Origin: Acidobacteriota bacterium
Lineage (GTDB): Bacteria; Acidobacteriota; Terriglobia; 2-12-FULL-54-10
Assembly: GCA_016199675.1 (NCBI GenBank)
Contig: JACQGE010000177.1
Span: 1 to 51,101 of the forward strand
Reading direction: 5' to 3'
DNA: 51,101 nt
The first letter of the stretch is position 1. The number at the start of each line of letters is the position of its first letter. Below, one piece after another: positions 47,688 to 51,101 of the stretch. The notes below the pieces were generated by a model, which worked only from the letters and a program-made list of their open reading frames with translations, was not told the origin of the DNA and searched no databases. Position numbers and translations under genes: made by a program.

Positions 47688-50585
47688 ATGAGTGACAAGA
47701 TTCCCAAACCAGCCCGTGTGCCGGTGAGCACATACCGGCTGCAATTTAACGCTGGCTTCACCTTTCGAGATGCCACAGCATTGATCCCTTATCTGTCCAG
47801 CATGGGCATCACGGAATGCTACTGTTCACCTTTGCTGGCCGCTCGCCCGAACAGTCCCCACGGTTACGACATAACGGATCACAACAGTCTCAATGCCGAA
47901 CTCGGCACCGAGGAAGATTTTGAAACTTTCACCGCCGGTCTGGCCGCAAACGGCCTGGGACTGATTCTAGATTTCGTGCCGAACCATATGGCGATCGATC
48001 CGAGTTCAAACCTCTGGTGGAGAGACGTTCTGGAAAATGGGCCGTCTTCGCCTTACGCCCACTTCTTTGATATTGACTGGGATCCCGAAAAGAGCGAGCT
48101 ACTGGGGAAAATCCTGCTGCCCATTTTAGGCGAGCAATATGGCGTCGCCTTGGAGTCAGGGCAGATTCAAGTCAAATTTGAAGACGGCGCATTCTCCCTT
48201 CAGTATTTCGACATCAACCTGCCTCTCAACGCCCGAGCAATGCACATGTTGTTGCGACATGACTTGGAGTCGCTCGAAGCAAAAAGCAGTCCGGATGATC
48301 CCTCGCTTCGCGAGTTTCGGAGCATTCTTTTTCAACTCGATCACATGCCGGGGGAGACCGAGGCAGACCCGGCGCTCATCCTGGAACGACGCCGGGAAAA
48401 GAGCGTGGCACAAGAGCGGCTGGCGAAACTCGCCCAGGATTCCTCCCTGATTCGTAAACAGATTGGGCAAAATATTCGAACGTTCAATGGCGAACTGGGC
48501 AAGCCGGAAAGCTACGATCTGCTACATGATCTCTTAGAGTTGCAACCGTATCGTCTCGCTTATTGGCGTACGGCTCAGCACGAAATCAATTATCGCCGCT
48601 TTTTCGAAATCAATGAACTTGCTGGGATCCGCATGGAGGATCCGGATGTTTTCGCGGCGACCCACGTTTTGATCCTCCGATTGATCCGGCGGGGCGTGGT
48701 GACGGGTCTGCGCCTGGATCACGTGGATGGCCTGTTCGACCCATCGGAATATTTTCAAAGATTGAACGCTAATTGCGCAGGCGTTCCTCCCCTCTATCTT
48801 GTGGTAGAAAAAATCCTCACCGCCGGAGAACCGCTCCGGAAAGAGTGGCCGATTCATGGAACCACGGGTTATGACTTTTTGAATGATCTCAACGGCCTGT
48901 TTGTAGATTCGCAAAACGCGCAAAGTTTCAAGAAACTATATGCGCGGTTCGTGGAACAGGACGAACTTTTTTTCGAAGTAGTCTATCAAAGCAAGAAGCT
49001 CATCATTATGACTTCCCTGGCGAGCGAACTAAACATGCTGGCGCGGGAGTTGAATCGAATTTCGGAAACCAATCGCCGCTATCGAGACTTCACGCTGGCC
49101 AGTTTGCAAGAGGCGCTGCGCGAAGTGGTTGCTTGTTTCCCTTTGTACCGGACTTATTTCACACCCCGAGGTTGGGAGGACTTCGACCTGAAAACGATCG
49201 ACACCGCCTTGGCCCGAGCATTGCGACGCAACCCGGCGATGGAAGCATCAGTATTTCGATTCATCCGCGAGATGCTGCTGCCGGAGCGGACTGCCATCCT
49301 ACCCGAAAAAGAATATCAAGAGCGCGTGCAGTTTGCGATGAAGTTCCAGCAATATACAGGCCCGGTGCAGGCCAAAGGCCTGGAAGATACAGCCTTTTAT
49401 CGCTATGCCCCCCTGGTCTCTTTGAACGAAGTGGGCGGCGATCCGGCGCGATTCGGCCGTTCCCCCGAGGAATTCCATCAAGCGAACCTCCGACGGCTGG
49501 AAGGATGGCCGCTTACTTTGCTGGCCACGGCGACACATGACACCAAACGGGGAGAAGACGCCCGGGCACGGCTGAACGTGTTGTCGGAAATCCCGGACGC
49601 GTGGCGCACGATTTTGTTCCGGTGGGCCCGCGCCAATACCGGAACGCACACGCTGATTGACGGAAAACCCGCGCCGGACCGTAGCGACGAATACCTCTAT
49701 TATCAAGCGCTGCTGAGCGCCTGGCCTGCGGAATCGACCGGCGAGCCTGAGCCTGCATTTGTGGAACGAATCCTCCAATTCATGCAGAAGGCCATTAAAG
49801 AAAAAAAGATTAACACCAGTTGGATCAATCCTTCGGAGGAATACGACAATGCCATGGCGAGTTTCGTTCGGCACACACTGACCGGATCCCGTTCCAAACG
49901 CTTCCTGCGGCTCTTTCTGCCTTTTCAGAGGCGAATCGCTTGGCTCGGAATGCTGAATTCTCTGGCCCAGGCAGTGCTGAAGATGGCTTCTCCGGGCGTT
50001 CCGGATTTCTTTCAGGGCACGGAACTATGGGATTTGAGCTTTGTCGATCCGGATAATCGCCGTCCCATAGCTTATGGCCGTCGTCAGGCTCTGTTGGAAA
50101 AGATGGGGTGCGTTCTTAATTCATGTTCGCCCGAAACGGGTATGGCGGTCGTTCAGGAAATGCTCGCCAACTGGCAGGACGGCCGCATCAAGCTTTACTT
50201 GACCGTAGCGGGCTTGCGACTAAGGCGGAAGTATCCCGCCTTGTTCCTCGAGGGCAAATATATCCCGCTCACCGTGGATGGAGAGCACAAGGAGCATATT
50301 GTGGCATTTGCTCGAAACCTGGGATCCCAAAGCGTGATTGCGGTGGTTCCGAGACTGATTGCCCGTTTGGTGGGCGCATCGCCTTATCCGCCCGTTGGAC
50401 CAGAAATCTGGAGGGAGACAACGATTTCTTTGCCAGCAGACCTAGCGGTTCATGTCTATCAGAACGCTCTTACCCATGCTCGGGTTGCGCCCGTAAGCCA
50501 AACAGACCAAATCCAGGTCTCCGTAGCCGAGACGCTGAAGGTTTGCCCGATTGCAATTCTTTGCAGCGAAGAAGAGGCTCATTAG
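47688..50585 (+). CDS. treY: malto-oligosyltrehalose synthase
   Basis: STYRLQ, HGYD, DFVPNHM, INYRRFF, GLRLDHVDGL, VEKIL, ATHDTKRGED, VDPDNRRP. Confidence 0.96.
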   Translation: MSDKIPKPARVPVSTYRLQFNAGFTFRDATALIPYLSSMGITECYCSPLLAARPNSPHGYDITDHNSLNAELGTEEDFETFTAGLAANGLGLILDFVPNHMAIDPSSNLWWRDVLENGPSSPYAHFFDIDWDPEKSELLGKILLPILGEQYGVALESGQIQVKFEDGAFSLQYFDINLPLNARAMHMLLRHDLESLEAKSSPDDPSLREFRSILFQLDHMPGETEADPALILERRREKSVAQERLAKLAQDSSLIRKQIGQNIRTFNGELGKPESYDLLHDLLELQPYRLAYWRTAQHEINYRRFFEINELAGIRMEDPDVFAATHVLILRLIRRGVVTGLRLDHVDGLFDPSEYFQRLNANCAGVPPLYLVVEKILTAGEPLRKEWPIHGTTGYDFLNDLNGLFVDSQNAQSFKKLYARFVEQDELFFEVVYQSKKLIIMTSLASELNMLARELNRISETNRRYRDFTLASLQEALREVVACFPLYRTYFTPRGWEDFDLKTIDTALARALRRNPAMEASVFRFIREMLLPERTAILPEKEYQERVQFAMKFQQYTGPVQAKGLEDTAFYRYAPLVSLNEVGGDPARFGRSPEEFHQANLRRLEGWPLTLLATATHDTKRGEDARARLNVLSEIPDAWRTILFRWARANTGTHTLIDGKPAPDRSDEYLYYQALLSAWPAESTGEPEPAFVERILQFMQKAIKEKKINTSWINPSEEYDNAMASFVRHTLTGSRSKRFLRLFLPFQRRIAWLGMLNSLAQAVLKMASPGVPDFFQGTELWDLSFVDPDNRRPIAYGRRQALLEKMGCVLNSCSPETGMAVVQEMLANWQDGRIKLYLTVAGLRLRRKYPALFLEGKYIPLTVDGEHKEHIVAFARNLGSQSVIAVVPRLIARLVGASPYPPVGPEIWRETTISLPADLAVHVYQNALTHARVAPVSQTDQIQVSVAETLKVCPIAILCSEEEAH

Positions 50586-50605
50586 ATTTTTGCGCGCCAT
50601 CGTAC

Positions 50606-50638
50606 GGTAGTATCTCAGTTTCAAACTGAGACACTACC
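50606..50638. repeat. 16-bp inverted repeat (GTAG-ended; REP/MITE remnant or terminator)
   Basis: GGTAGTATCTCAGTTT-C-AAACTGAGACACTACC, one mismatch, 20 nt after the treY stop. Confidence 0.7.
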
Positions 50639-50648
50639 CATCGATTTC

Positions 50649-50677
50649 TTGACAATCGAATGGCATAGTGCGATACT
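50649..50677 (+). promoter_or_regulatory. sigma70-type promoter upstream of the TonB-dependent receptor
   Basis: TTGACA (50649-50654), 17 nt, GATACT (50672-50677) with TG extension. Confidence 0.55.
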
Positions 50678-50913
50678 CCTCCCAAATTATAACTATGACG
50701 GGGTACTATGATTGAGGCGGGGAAGTATATTTCTGCAAGAGTTTTCGTAAAGTCCAACACCGTGCTGACTGCGGATTTCTTCTTCCGCCATTGAATGGTT
50801 TAACGCGCCTCGATCACTAACCTGTGAGCTGAGCCATGGGCGATGCTTTTCTCTACTGTAAGTAAGGTCCTTCATGAACGAATGACGAAAGCTCGAAAAA
50901 TTAAGGAGGCACT

Positions 50914-51101
50914 ATGTTCAAGTTAGGACTAACGAACATCGGGATTGGGTTACTGTGTTTCCTGGCGGCCAGCAATACAGCGGCGCAAGTAACCACGGGA
51001 ACAATTTCTGGGTCGGTACATGATAGTACAGGGGCGGTAATCCCAGGGGCCACGGTAACCCTGCGGAATGTTAACACGGGAATTAGCCGCACCTTGAGCA
51101 C
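50914..51101 (+). CDS. TonB-dependent receptor N-terminus (carboxypeptidase-regulatory-like domain), runs off the window
   Basis: Not in the ORF track. SD TAAGGAGG; translates MFKLGLTNIGIGLLCFLAASNTAAQVTTGTISGSVHDSTGAVIPGATVTLRNVNTGISRTLS (signal peptide + GTISG.V.D.TGAVIPGA.VT). Confidence 0.85.
   Translation, partial: MFKLGLTNIGIGLLCFLAASNTAAQVTTGTISGSVHDSTGAVIPGATVTLRNVNTGISRTLS

Noticed and set aside
50901-51101. 66-aa minus-strand ORF at the window end
   Set aside because: Mirror of the plus-strand TonB receptor start, which has the SD and signal peptide.
1-51101. CRISPR arrays, tRNA/rRNA, integrases, transposases, defence systems
   Set aside because: No regularly spaced repeats, cloverleafs or such protein motifs found by eye; a tRNAscan/Rfam/CRISPR scan would confirm.

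Overview
Bacterial chromosomal DNA, most likely Acidobacteriota. This is inferred from gene content: a TonB-dependent receptor with a carboxypeptidase-regulatory-like N-terminus, and a GGGCACGACTTCAGTCGTGCC-type palindromic repeat. About 41 CDSs fall into four blocks. (1) 1-17.6 kb is mixed and housekeeping: 5'-truncated cusA, a Zn-ribbon/PilZ protein, nrdR, glutamate dehydrogenase, DUF488, an orphan FecR protein, rsmB-rpe-bamD, a RomR-like receiver protein, a Cys-rich small protein, recG, lipA and a ThiF/MoeB enzyme. (2) 17.6-24.2 kb is an atypical four-gene heavy-metal RND operon: an FMN-binding-like protein without its flavinylation motif, two different adaptors, a CzcA-type pump and no outer-membrane factor. 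(3) 24.3-30.3 kb holds hydantoinase/oxoprolinase A+B, DUF72, a methyltransferase and a ferritin-like protein with a C-terminal 'DEASQESFPASDPP' tag. (4) 30.7-50.6 kb is an apparent 15-gene, ~20 kb unit behind a near-consensus sigma54 promoter: alternative complex III (actA-G), SCO, a caa3-type A2 oxidase and glgX-treZ-treY. The start of a TonB-dependent receptor closes the window. Three different palindromic (REP/MITE-like) elements and four probable leaderless genes are visible. I saw no rRNA, tRNA, CRISPR array or transposase. All family assignments come from reading motifs by eye; no database search was run.
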